Below, piece after piece: positions 52,722-62,776 of a stretch of DNA of 64,000 bases. Numbering within the stretch: position 1 is the first letter of the stretch; each line of letters begins with the position of its first letter. The stretch lies in assembly GCA_965214095.1 (NCBI GenBank), contig OZ243938.1, forward strand, positions 1,824,001 to 1,888,000. Reading direction: 5' to 3'. This stretch comes from Candidatus Poribacteria bacterium. Lineage in GTDB: Bacteria > Poribacteria > WGA-4E > WGA-3G. The notes under the pieces were generated by a model that saw nothing but the letters and a program-made list of their open reading frames with translations, ran no database searches and had not been told where the DNA came from. The position numbers and the translations under genes were made by a program.

Positions 52722-54422
52722 TTACTTCTGTCCCAAAACCTTCAGAAATTCCGGATCATCCCAAACATCCGAAAATTCAGAAGTCTCAAGGAAAGACGGG
52801 TAATAGGAATCCTGATAATTATAAGAAGCAACCGCATATTTACCTTGCGCAATCTTTAAATAATGCAAAGTCTTCTCGCGATCTTTCTCAGATGCCCAAA
52901 TACTCAATGCCAGCATGAAATAACTATACTCATTATAATTTCCCAAATCTACAGCAACTTGGAGAAACCGTTTCGCTTCAACATACTTCTGTGACCATAC
53001 CAGACAACACCCAACATCGTGAACCGCCCAAATGAGTTCATAAGTATTTACAGGAAGATTCAAATCCAGTTTCTTCAACTCTAATTCCAAGAACGTGTTC
53101 AATTCCGTATAGACCTGACTAAAACGATCCCAATCTTCCTGTTCTTTATATAACAACAGACGATTCGTACACTTAGCTAACCAGAATCTAAAATAGGTTT
53201 TCCAACCCGGTTTTCCCAAAGCACTTTCCAACTTGTCTAATTCAATTAGTGCTTCTTCTATCCTGTTATATTTTCGTAATATTTCTGCTCCAAATTGCAG
53301 AAAATCACAACGGCTATACTTACTCACTTCAGGATTCTCTAAGCGTTCAGAGGCATCTCTATAAAGTTTTATCCAATCATCAATACGACCTTCTGTCGTC
53401 CAACATCCAGAAGTATTAAGATTAGAAACAATCCTCAAAACATATTTTTCCGCATGCTTGCATGCCCAATGGTAAAGACGCGTCTGTTCGTCTATGGCTT
53501 CTCGTTTTCTACCACAAAATGCAAGACTATGCACTAACGACTTATGCGACCAGTAACGTTCAGTTTCATCCGATACGTCTTCCATATATTTGTTGAGTAG
53601 AACTACCCGTTTTTCCTGACCAAGTTTGCCCATATAAGGGTATATATCATCAACCAAGAGATGTGCCAACTCAGATGTGATTTCGCCTTTGAGGGCAGTA
53701 TCAATTTCCATGTCCGCTTCTTTAAGTATATCGTCTCTGGATGTTGGATCAGAATTTATCTGTTCCTTGAATGAATTGAACTTGCTGTGAATTTCCTCTA
53801 TTTGATTCATTATGTTCTCCTTCAGATTATCTGATAATTGGAAATGACCGAAGTACTCTTGTACCAAGAACATTTGATCTGTTTGTAGACGTTTTCGTGC
53901 ACGTTGCAGGCGACTTGTAATTGTATTTACCGATACTCCCATGAATTCACTGATCTCTTTCGTTGACATTTCATCAAGATAGTAAAATGTTACAATTTCG
54001 CGTTCATTATCGGGAAGTGTTTCCAGTAGCTTATTTACAAGTTCATGGGAATACTCAGTTCTCTCTATCACTCGCTGTTCTGACATATATTGTGTATAAT
54101 AGGATTCTTCTATTTCTTCCAGATGTGTGTTTTCCAAGGATTGCATCACTGGCTTTTGTTTACGTATCCAATCAATGCAAAGCCGATCTGCAATGACATG
54201 GAGCCAACCAGCAAATTGATTTGGATCTTTGAGTGTTGATAATTTTTTGTATGCCTTAAGAAACGTATCTTGCACAATCTCTTCAGCATAGTGAAAATCC
54301 TGAATCTTCCGCCATGCATGTGCATGAACGCTTTTTTGATACTTGTCGACCAAAATGCCAAACGCAGTGTCGTCACCCGATAAGACTTTCCTTATGAGTT
54401 CAACATCGTCTTCTTTTGCCAC
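52722..54422 (-). CDS. ECF sigma factor with a long helical/TPR-like C-terminal extension
   Basis: AEEIVQDTFLKAY, FAGWL and SVNTITSRLQRARKRL motifs, plus about 360 aa of C-terminal domain. Confidence 0.9.
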   Translation of the reverse strand: MAKEDDVELIRKVLSGDDTAFGILVDKYQKSVHAHAWRKIQDFHYAEEIVQDTFLKAYKKLSTLKDPNQFAGWLHVIADRLCIDWIRKQKPVMQSLENTHLEEIEESYYTQYMSEQRVIERTEYSHELVNKLLETLPDNEREIVTFYYLDEMSTKEISEFMGVSVNTITSRLQRARKRLQTDQMFLVQEYFGHFQLSDNLKENIMNQIEEIHSKFNSFKEQINSDPTSRDDILKEADMEIDTALKGEITSELAHLLVDDIYPYMGKLGQEKRVVLLNKYMEDVSDETERYWSHKSLVHSLAFCGRKREAIDEQTRLYHWACKHAEKYVLRIVSNLNTSGCWTTEGRIDDWIKLYRDASERLENPEVSKYSRCDFLQFGAEILRKYNRIEEALIELDKLESALGKPGWKTYFRFWLAKCTNRLLLYKEQEDWDRFSQVYTELNTFLELELKKLDLNLPVNTYELIWAVHDVGCCLVWSQKYVEAKRFLQVAVDLGNYNEYSYFMLALSIWASEKDREKTLHYLKIAQGKYAVASYNYQDSYYPSFLETSEFSDVWDDPEFLKVLGQK

Positions 54423-54464
54423 AGACTTCCTCCTTTTGGAATAGATTTATCTTTTTATTATTTA

Positions 54465-54494
54465 ATGACGAATTTTTTATCAGAAAACGTGCAT
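54465..54494 (-). promoter_or_regulatory. Putative autoregulated ECF promoter
   Basis: TGCACG-17 bp-CGTCAT on the minus strand, conserved upstream of the paralog at 56602..56631. Confidence 0.5.
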
Positions 54495-54600
54495 TATACT
54501 AAAATTTATTGGATTATAGAGAATGTCCACAAATATGAAAAAATAAAATTGCAACAATTATTGACAATACATACTCTGAAAACGGGGATGATTACGACTT

Positions 54601-54831
54601 TATAGTGAAATGTAAAAACACGTTCACACTCCCCGGTAGATGCGGTTTCCTAACCAATGCAGAATGCCATACGGGAATGCCTAAAGAAGCATGCGCGTGT
54701 GACATGCTCCATGATTCATACCGTTGATTTGGCGCATTCTGCCTGACTATGAGACTGAACTGGATCCTACGCGAGAACCTCTATGAAAGTATTTGGCACA
54801 AAGTAGGTTCAGTTAGGAAACCGAACCTACC
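54601..54831. repeat. Composite REP/MITE cluster
   Basis: tatagtgaaatgtaaaaa end, partial REP at 54635, attcataccgttgatttggc module, REP at 54806..54831. Confidence 0.65.
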
Positions 54832-54863
54832 GTCACGGGGAAACTGCATTAACCAATGATTGA

Positions 54864-56561
54864 TTACTTACCCAAAACCTTCAGAAATTCTGGATCATCC
54901 CAAACATCCGAAAATTCTGGCATCTCAAGGAAAGTAGGATAGAAAGAATCCGGATAATTAAGGGTACGATCCACGAACTTGTCCTGAGCGATCTTCAAAT
55001 ACTTTAAAGTCTTCTTACGATCATTCTCAGATGCCCAGATACTCACTGCAAGCATGAAACAACTATGTTCATTCCAATCTTCCAAATCGACAGCGATTTG
55101 TAGAAACCGTTTTGCCTTGTTATACTTCTTTGACCATACCAAACAACACCCTATATTATGAGAAGCACAAAAAAACTCGTATTTATTTAGCGGAAAGTTT
55201 GCATCCAGTTTTTTCAACTCCAATCTCAAATAAGTCTTAAGTTCCGCATAGACTTGATTAAAACTAGTCCAATCTCCGAGTTTACTATACAACAGTAATC
55301 GGTTCGTTCTCGCAGCTAACCAGAATCTAAAATAGTTATCCCAACCGGGTTCGTCCATAGCACGTTCCAACTTTTCTATCTCAAGAAGTGCGTCATCAAA
55401 ACGGTCATTAACTCGTAATACCTCAGCACCGATTTTTAGGAATTTGCAACGAGAGTAGTCACTCACCTCTGGTTTTTCAAGATGTTCAGATGCCTCATTA
55501 TAAAGTTGAAGCCAATCATCAATACGTCCTTCAGCTTTCCAACATTTAGCAGTGTTTAAATTGGAAATAATCCTCAAAACATATTTTTCTGCATGTTTGC
55601 AAGCCCAATGATAAAAACGTGTTTGTTCCTCAATAGCCTCGCTATTATTCCCAAGAATTGCCAGAGCATTGACTAACGACTTATGTGCCCAGAAACATTC
55701 TGTATCATCTTCTAAATCATCCATATACTTACGGAGTAAGGGCACACGTTTTTCTATACCCGGTTTACCCATATACGGGTATATCCCATCAACCGCAAGA
55801 TGCACCAACTCAGATGTGACACCGTCCTTGAGTACAGCGTCAATCTCACTGTCTGCTTCCTTAACGATATCCTCTCTTGATGCAGGATCGGACTTCATCT
55901 GTTCCATGTATGAATTGAACTTGTTGCGAATTTCTTCTAAATGACTCATGATGTTCTCCTTCAGATTATTTGTTGATAATAAATGACCAAAGAATTCTTG
56001 ATCCAAGTGTCCTTGATCTGTTTGTAGACGTTTGCGCGCTCGTTGGAGTCTGCTCGTGATTGTATTCACCGATACCCCCATGAATTCACCAATCTCTTTC
56101 GTTGACATTTCGTCAAGATAGTAGAGTGTTACGACCTTGCGTTCATTCTCTGGCAAACTTTCCAGAAGTTTCTGGACAAGTTCATGGGAATACTCAGTTC
56201 TCTTTATCATTTGCTGTTCTGACCTGTAATGTGAATAAGAGGATTCCTCAATTTCCTCCAAACGTACGCTTTCTAAAGATTGCACCTCAGGTTTTTTCTT
56301 TCGTAACCAATCAATGCAAAGATGATTTGCAATGGTATGAATCCATCCAGCAAATTGATTTGGATTTTTGAGTGTCGGTAGTTTGTTGTATGCCTTAAGA
56401 AAGGTGTCTTGCATAATATCTTCCGCATAGTGGAAATCACGAATTTTCCGCCATGCAAGGGAATGAATGCTCTCTTGATATTTTTCGACCAAGATGTTAA
56501 ACGCAGAGTCATCACCCGATAAGATTTTGCGAATCAAAACTACATCGTCATCTCTTTTCAT
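54864..56561 (-). CDS. ECF sigma factor with C-terminal extension, paralog 2
   Basis: Colinear with 52722..54422; shares the FSDVWDDPEFLKVLG end. Confidence 0.9.
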   Translation of the reverse strand: MKRDDDVVLIRKILSGDDSAFNILVEKYQESIHSLAWRKIRDFHYAEDIMQDTFLKAYNKLPTLKNPNQFAGWIHTIANHLCIDWLRKKKPEVQSLESVRLEEIEESSYSHYRSEQQMIKRTEYSHELVQKLLESLPENERKVVTLYYLDEMSTKEIGEFMGVSVNTITSRLQRARKRLQTDQGHLDQEFFGHLLSTNNLKENIMSHLEEIRNKFNSYMEQMKSDPASREDIVKEADSEIDAVLKDGVTSELVHLAVDGIYPYMGKPGIEKRVPLLRKYMDDLEDDTECFWAHKSLVNALAILGNNSEAIEEQTRFYHWACKHAEKYVLRIISNLNTAKCWKAEGRIDDWLQLYNEASEHLEKPEVSDYSRCKFLKIGAEVLRVNDRFDDALLEIEKLERAMDEPGWDNYFRFWLAARTNRLLLYSKLGDWTSFNQVYAELKTYLRLELKKLDANFPLNKYEFFCASHNIGCCLVWSKKYNKAKRFLQIAVDLEDWNEHSCFMLAVSIWASENDRKKTLKYLKIAQDKFVDRTLNYPDSFYPTFLEMPEFSDVWDDPEFLKVLGK

Positions 56562-56659
56562 GAGACATCCTCCTATTACAAACTATTTGTCCCTTATATA
56601 AATGACGAAACTTTGATCAGCAAACGTGCAATATGACAAAAATTTATTGACTTATTATA

Positions 56660-56932
56660 CTATAGTTTGGACAGTTTTTTGAGGACTTGAACGGTGCTCT
56701 GGACAAGGAGCATCACAGTCATCATACCTATTTCTTGAATGATACACCTGTCGCCCCGCTGGGGCTTGCATTGGTCGTGGCACATTTTTCTATACACATT
56801 CCGCCCGCTGGGGCTGCTCATTTTGATGTTTTCACACTTTTTCATCAAAGTATTATCCTATCCAAAACTCACAATATATTGCAAATGCCAGCAATATCAG
56901 TATGTAACCAAGAGAAATTGTCCAAACTATAG
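56660..56932. mobile_element. MITE, 273 bp, with an 8-bp TSD
   Basis: TIR ctatagtttggaca / tgtccaaactatag; TSD ttattata; empty site near 54501..54537; internal cgccc(c)gctggggct pair. Confidence 0.88.
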
Positions 56933-56973
56933 TTATTATAGAGAATGTCCACAAATATGGAAAATAGAATTAC

Positions 56974-57204
56974 ACTAAATTGATGCCTATCGTGCGGTAA
57001 AGGCACCGCACGATAAGCATCAATTTAGCGTCCTTCCAGGGCAGGTAGGTTCGGTTTCCTAACCGAGCCGAATCTTCCCACGAAAACCTTTATGAATGCC
57101 CTTGGCACAAATCAGGTTCGGTTAGGAAACCGAACCTACCGACATGGGATAATAGCGTAATTCTACTTAAATTGATACCTATGGTGCGGTAAAGGCACCG
57201 CACC
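56974..57204. repeat. Cluster of REP hairpins / REPIN-like unit
   Basis: gtgcggtaaaggcaccgcac twice, and inverted REPs at 57044 and 57115 with a conserved spacer. Confidence 0.75.
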
Positions 57205-57222
57205 ACCGAAGCTGCTGGCATG

Positions 57223-58917
57223 CTATTGCCCAAGAACTTTCAGAAATTCTGGATCATCCCAAACGTCCGAGAATTCAGGTGTTTCAAGAAAGGCAGGATA
57301 GTACCTATCTTCATTCCAATAGTCTAGAATATAGTCCGATGCAAGTTTTAAATTTTGCAACGTCTTTTCCCGATCCTTCTCGGTCTCCCAGATTGCCACA
57401 GCGAGCATAAAGTAAGCCCAATCGTTTTTGTTCTGTAAATCAAGAGAGATCTGTAGAAAACGTTTTGCATCCTCATACTTCTTGACCCACACCAGACAAC
57501 AACCAACATCGTGAGCAGCCCATATAAGATCACTAACATTTACAGGATAACCAGCCTTATGTTTTTCTACTTCAAGTTCAACAAACCTTTGGAGATCCGC
57601 ATGCACTTGATCGAAACGATCCCAGTCCTCCTGTTTTCCGTAAATTCGCAGTCTATTCGTTCTCACTGCCAACCAGAACCGAAAATAATGTTCCCAATCT
57701 TGGTTTTTGTTAGCACTTTCCAATTTTTCTAAACCAAGAAGTGCCTCATCAAAACGGTCAAAGGAACGTAATACTTCTGACCCGATTTGCAGGAAATCGC
57801 AACGTGAGAAGTCACTTACTTCAGAATTATCTAAACGTTGAGAGGCTTCACCGTGAAGTTGCATCCATTCATCAATACGGCCTTCCTGTTTCCAACAGTC
57901 AATAATTGTCAAATTAGAAAGTGCTTCCAACACATATTTATCCGACATGTGCTTGCAAGCCCAGCGGTAAAGACGTATCTGCTCTTCGATCGCCTCTCCG
58001 TTTCTTTCCAGGGCAGGGAAACTATGAACTATCCGATGTTGCGACCAGAAACGTTCCGTATCATCTGCTGCAACATCTTGATACCTACGGAGTAAAGCAA
58101 TCCGTTTTTCCATGCCAACTTTGCCCATGTGCGGGTATATATCATCAACTACAAGATGGACCAGCTCAGGTGTGAGTTCACCCTTGAGTGCCGATTCTAT
58201 CTCAACATCAACTTCCCTAAGAACATCTTCACTCTTAAGAATATCTCCATCTGAGAGAGGGAAAGATTCCACATACTCCATATATGTAGCGAACTTGCTA
58301 CGAATGTCTTCCATTTTTCCTAACATAATTATTTCTCCTTGATGATCAGCCACATTATAAAAAATCGTGTGTTCCTCACTTTGTAACCGCTTACGTGCAC
58401 GGTGGAGCCGACTCTTTACCGTGTTCGGTGAAACCCCCATAGTTCTACTGATATCTTCACATGTCATTTCTTTCAGATAGTGAAGTGAAACAGTGGTACG
58501 TTCACTAGCGGGTAACTTTTGAAGGAGGTGTTTGACAACTTCACATTGCCTTTCACTCACAATTTCTCTTTGCTGATTTTCGTGATACTGTGTATAAGCC
58601 AATTCCTCTAATTCCTCTGCGGGCATCTCATCTAAAGATTGCGTTGGAATTCTCTTTTTTTCAAACCAAGCGAAACAGTGCCGCGCCGCTATTACATAAA
58701 GCCATCCTACAAAACTATCCTGATTTTTCAAGGTATGGAGTTTCTGATAAACCCGGAGGAATATATCTTGTGTGATTTCTTCAGCGATGTGGTAGTCACC
58801 GATTTTCCGCCAAACATAAGTGTGAATTGGCTTTTGGTGTTTTCGCACAAGCGTATTGAAAGCAGATTGGTCACCTTTCAATATACGTTGAATCAATTGT
58901 GCATCATCGTTTTTCAT
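57223..58917 (-). CDS. ECF sigma factor with C-terminal extension, paralog 3
   Basis: AEEITQDIFLRVY and SPNTVKSRLHRARKRL motifs, same C-terminal domain. Confidence 0.9.
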   Translation of the reverse strand: MKNDDAQLIQRILKGDQSAFNTLVRKHQKPIHTYVWRKIGDYHIAEEITQDIFLRVYQKLHTLKNQDSFVGWLYVIAARHCFAWFEKKRIPTQSLDEMPAEELEELAYTQYHENQQREIVSERQCEVVKHLLQKLPASERTTVSLHYLKEMTCEDISRTMGVSPNTVKSRLHRARKRLQSEEHTIFYNVADHQGEIIMLGKMEDIRSKFATYMEYVESFPLSDGDILKSEDVLREVDVEIESALKGELTPELVHLVVDDIYPHMGKVGMEKRIALLRRYQDVAADDTERFWSQHRIVHSFPALERNGEAIEEQIRLYRWACKHMSDKYVLEALSNLTIIDCWKQEGRIDEWMQLHGEASQRLDNSEVSDFSRCDFLQIGSEVLRSFDRFDEALLGLEKLESANKNQDWEHYFRFWLAVRTNRLRIYGKQEDWDRFDQVHADLQRFVELEVEKHKAGYPVNVSDLIWAAHDVGCCLVWVKKYEDAKRFLQISLDLQNKNDWAYFMLAVAIWETEKDREKTLQNLKLASDYILDYWNEDRYYPAFLETPEFSDVWDDPEFLKVLGQ

Positions 58918-59087
58918 GCTTCAGCTCCAAAACATTTTGTCATTCATAATGTTAAGATAGGTAGTAGAAGCGGCGGGGTTGCATAAAATGCAAAAATCAG
59001 GAAAAATATGGAATTATGGTAAGAAAATATGAGGATGGTTCATAAGTCACCATTGTCCGATATTCATTAAAAGTAGTAGGCACGCTC

Positions 59088-59349
59088 ATGAAGATTAAGA
59101 AATAAATTGGGTAATTTCCTTGAGATGTCTGTCAGCATACGCGTTAGGTATGCTGAATTGGTTGGGAAACCGCACCATAAGCGTCAATTTAGCATCCTTC
59201 CAAGTACCGGTAGGTTCGGTTTCCTAACCGAACCGGTTTTGTGCCAAATACCTTCATAGAGGTTCTCGCATAGGTTCCGTGCGGTTAGGAAACCGCACCT
59301 ACCGGGTTTGAGAAAATGAGAATTACCCGTTTAATAAATTAATCTTCAT
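59088..59349. mobile_element. Expanded copy of the 20959 MITE with extra REP cargo
   Basis: TIR atgaagattaa / ttaatcttcat; REPs at 59209 and 59279. Confidence 0.8.
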
Positions 59350-59444
59350 CCGCGTGCCGCACCCTTAACTCTGATGGAGTACAGGAAACTGATTTGTCAA
59401 ACTCATGTTCTTGAAAGTATTATGCGAAATGTTTTGAATGATTA

Positions 59445-60082
59445 TTAGAGCACAATCTCTTTATGCGTAATGCTGGAATGAAATTCACGGATACTGTCAA
59501 CACATCTGAGCAGCATTTCATCGCTGAGTGCGAACACCTCAGAAAATGTCCATGTGCTTTCAACCGTGTCAAGAATTCGTTGATTTGGTAAGACAATAAC
59601 TGAATCTGCATTTTCTTGAAGTTTCTGCAATCCCAGTTCTGCATTTTCAATGCACTGTTCACTCTCAAAATTAAAGGGTAAAGTGACAATAGCAACAGTA
59701 AAAACTCCTTGCTCTCGCGAAAGAGATGCAATCACAGGTGATGCACCTGTCCCTGTCCCACCACCCAAACCGGCTATGACAAAAAAATATCTGCGTCTTT
59801 CACAATTTGCTGGAGTTTGTCATAGTTCTCCTCAGCAGCTAATCTGCCTCTTATCGGATATCCCAGACAACCAACACCTTGTGTGGTATTAACACCGATT
59901 TGTACCGGTTTTGCATAGTCGCATTTTTCGAGTGCTTGTTGATCAGTATTAACAACGTAGCATTCAATGTCAGTCATACCTGCTTCTGTCATCCGTTTAA
60001 CAGCATTGCCTCCCGCACAACCAACACCGATAACTTTGATTATGTCGCGTGTGTTTTTGGATTCATCTTTATTAGATGTCAT
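59445..60082 (-). pseudogene. Short FtsZ-like GTPase-domain gene split by a one-base frameshift
   Basis: IKVIGVGCAGGNAV, VNTDQQAL, then GGGTGTGASP, TLPFNFE and LPNQRI in another frame; the break is at A7, 59781..59787. Confidence 0.8.
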
Positions 60083-60168
60083 AACTACACCTTCAATGAT
60101 TGAACCCAAATGTATTAAGCAAAAGTGCCAGAGATATTCTTAATTAACGTGAGTTCGGTATATTTGTT

Positions 60169-60251
60169 GTAGGATGGGTTGAGGCACGAAACCCAATTTC
60201 TTTCTTTGATAGCGGGTTACATGTTGTGTTGCGTGCCTCAAGCCAACCTAC
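60169..60251. repeat. Inverted GTAG REP doublet (REPIN-like)
   Basis: gtaggatgggttgaggcacgaaaccc ... gttgcgtgcctcaagccaacctac. Confidence 0.65.
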
Positions 60252-60294
60252 AATTTACGTCATTTTGCTTATGCCGATCTCACACTGAAGTAAC

Positions 60295-61107
60295 TCATTT
60301 CGGTTCTAAATATTTTAGTGGACTTTCAACAATGTATTTACCAGACGCTTCAAGAAAGTGCTGGACAAGATAGACATGTCCTCCACCAATAATCAACAGA
60401 ATTCGTTCATTATTAGACTCTGTTATCCGTGTCAGGTTGACAAAGATTTTGAGATTGCGCGTATACCATTGATGTCCAACCCAATTCGCACCAGGATATT
60501 GTTCTCCTAATCCAATCTGTGCCATCTGCAAGTATAGCCGATGTTCAGCACTTCTACCTTCCGGTTGATTGCCGCGTATGAACATGTCAATAAGTGGTTC
60601 ATATTCCTTTGGTTCTATCCAGACTCTACCGTCTTCCTGTTCATTAAATTCTACATCCTCACCAGAATAAAAGTCCTCTACACTGGATAAAAGGTGTTCT
60701 TGATTATGTTCATTTGCGAACTTATCAATATCCAACAAATTGGAGTCAAAATCTTCTGGAAAAAACGGGTCTTGTTTTGGAAAATAATCAACACAGAAAA
60801 TCTTTGAGTGTCCCATCTGTTTTGCTAACCGAAAACCGAGTTGGTCACCTTCACCCCGTTCAAGTTCGTAAGTGCCGTTAAGATAGCCTTGATAGTTCTC
60901 TTGTGCTTCAGCGTCAAATCTCTGGTCTATTTCAAGTGCAACTTTTGTAGGACGAAACGGTTTGAGTGCCTCAACCATTTGTTCTATCTCACTTTGCCGT
61001 TTAGGTGAAAGCACATCATCCATTCTGTAATTGTATGCGTCCAATCCAGGATTAGCAAAGTGTCCACTCCCAAGTATTATGATTGTTGGTTTTGTTTTAT
61101 CTTGCAT
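60295..61107 (-). CDS. DUF5694-like protein
   Basis: ILGSGHFANPG, FRPTKVALE, QLGFRLA, WYTRNLKI and IGGGH motifs. Confidence 0.7.
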   Translation of the reverse strand: MQDKTKPTIIILGSGHFANPGLDAYNYRMDDVLSPKRQSEIEQMVEALKPFRPTKVALEIDQRFDAEAQENYQGYLNGTYELERGEGDQLGFRLAKQMGHSKIFCVDYFPKQDPFFPEDFDSNLLDIDKFANEHNQEHLLSSVEDFYSGEDVEFNEQEDGRVWIEPKEYEPLIDMFIRGNQPEGRSAEHRLYLQMAQIGLGEQYPGANWVGHQWYTRNLKIFVNLTRITESNNERILLIIGGGHVYLVQHFLEASGKYIVESPLKYLEPK

Positions 61108-61913
61108 CAATTTATATCCTCCGATTTTATATATTTTAGTGGACTTTCAATGATATAATCCCCTGAATCCTCAAGAAATTGCTGAAGCAGAAAGACAAGT
61201 CCAGCACCGATTATCACAAGTATCCTATCCTCAGTAGATTCTGTGATGCGCGTCAGGTTGACAAAGACTTTAAGATTTCGTGGATACCAGTGATTTCCAA
61301 CCCAATTCGCACCAGGATATTGATTTCTTATGCCGACTTGGGACATCCGCAAGTATGACTGATGATCAGCGCGCCTTCCTTCAGGTTGATTATACCGTAT
61401 ATACATGTCTATGATTGATTCGTACTTTTTAGGTTCAATCCAGACTCTTCCATCCTCCTCTTGGTGTGTTTTTCCTTCGGGAATATCAAAATCCTCCATT
61501 TTAGGAAGAAGGTGTTCTTGGTTATTTTCCATGGCGAATTTGTCTATATCTATCAAATTTCGGTCAAGGTCTTCTGGGAAGAATGGGTCATGCTCAGGAG
61601 AAAAATCTACACAATATACTTTTGAATGTCCCATCTCCTTTGCCAAACGATAGCCTATCTGATCATGTTCCCAACGTTTGAGATCATACGTACCATCAAC
61701 ATAATCTTGATAGTTAACATTAATTTCAGGTGCAAACCTTTGATCTGCTTGAAGTGCAACTTTGGTAGGGCGAAATTCTTTGAGTTGTGATACCAATAGT
61801 TTGATTTCACTTTGCCGTTTAGGGGCAAGTACATCATCCATTCTTATATTGAATGCATCCTTACCGGGATTTGCTAAATGTCCGCTGCCGAGTATCATGA
61901 TTGTCGGTTTCAT
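61107..61913 (-). CDS. DUF5694-like protein, tandem paralog
   Basis: Colinear with 60295..61107. Confidence 0.7.
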   Translation of the reverse strand: MKPTIMILGSGHLANPGKDAFNIRMDDVLAPKRQSEIKLLVSQLKEFRPTKVALQADQRFAPEINVNYQDYVDGTYDLKRWEHDQIGYRLAKEMGHSKVYCVDFSPEHDPFFPEDLDRNLIDIDKFAMENNQEHLLPKMEDFDIPEGKTHQEEDGRVWIEPKKYESIIDMYIRYNQPEGRRADHQSYLRMSQVGIRNQYPGANWVGNHWYPRNLKVFVNLTRITESTEDRILVIIGAGLVFLLQQFLEDSGDYIIESPLKYIKSEDIN

Positions 61914-62446
61914 ACTTCTGTCTCCTCCATTAATCGATTTAATATCTCGCGCAATTGTTCACGAGCACGGAATAACATTGATTTAACACTGTTTTCAGGA
62001 CGTTTCAATTCCTCTGCGATTTGTTTGTAACTCATTTCCTCAAATTCTCGCATGATGATTGTTGATCGCATGGCAGGTGGTAATTCTTCAATCGCTTGCC
62101 GCACTAACTGCTTAAGTTCCAGTTTGATAGCAATTTCATCTGGGGTTGGATTTGTCTGGTATGAATAAGAATGCAGTAGCATTTCAAGTGTTTCACCCTC
62201 TTCCTCATCTAAATGCACCTGAAACTTACGGCGTTTGAGTTGGTTGAAACAGAGATTTTGGACACATTTCAGCATCCATGAGTGGGCTGTTTCCACCCTT
62301 AATGTTGTGCGATGTTCCCATGCTTTTATGAAGGTTTCTTGTGCCATGTCTTTTGCATCTTCACTGTTTTTGAGTAGATAAAAAGCATGACGATATACTT
62401 TATCTTGATGTTTTCGGATTAGTTCAAGGAATTTGTCTTCTGTCAT
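61910..62446 (-). CDS. ECF RNA polymerase sigma factor
   Basis: DAKDMAQETFIKAW, SYKQIAE and SVKSMLFRAR motifs; start refined to MTEDK. Confidence 0.92.
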   Translation of the reverse strand: MTEDKFLELIRKHQDKVYRHAFYLLKNSEDAKDMAQETFIKAWEHRTTLRVETAHSWMLKCVQNLCFNQLKRRKFQVHLDEEEGETLEMLLHSYSYQTNPTPDEIAIKLELKQLVRQAIEELPPAMRSTIIMREFEEMSYKQIAEELKRPENSVKSMLFRAREQLREILNRLMEETEV

Positions 62447-62535
62447 TTGTAACTCCGTGCGATTTGAGTTAACGCTACTACAAACAAGATGCAGAATTGT
62501 TGCATCTTTTTTCATATTAGTGAAATTTATATTAT

Positions 62536-62638
62536 TATAGTAGATTTTGAAATTACTTGAACACTCTGCATCGGCGAGGTTAGGAAACCTCGCCTACCGT
62601 GGGTCGAAAGTGTCAACTTATATTTATAATTCACTATG
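62536..62638. mobile_element. TATAGT-ended MITE carrying a REP variant
   Basis: tatagtagatt...aattcactat ends; ggcgaggttaggaaacctcgcctacc core; degenerate sibling near 47500..47626. Confidence 0.6.
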
Positions 62639-62650
62639 AGTCCAATTAAG

Positions 62651-62685
62651 CAAAACAAAAAACCCTATCTTTTTGGGATAGGGTT
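62651..62685 (-). terminator. Intrinsic terminator
   Basis: aaccctatc / gatagggtt stem followed by a T-run on the minus strand. Confidence 0.6.
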
Positions 62686-62776
62686 ATATTGTAGTTAGGA
62701 TATGTGAAGATCCATAAAGTGTCTGTGATATTCTGACAGCTTTCATATCGGTTGAAAGCGGACTCCTCAACAACTT

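Noticed and set aside
54601-59349. Recurring palindromic repeats of about 26 bp as a CRISPR array
   Set aside because: They are dispersed, occur in both orientations, have conserved rather than unique spacers, and no cas genes are present; they fit REP/MITE elements.
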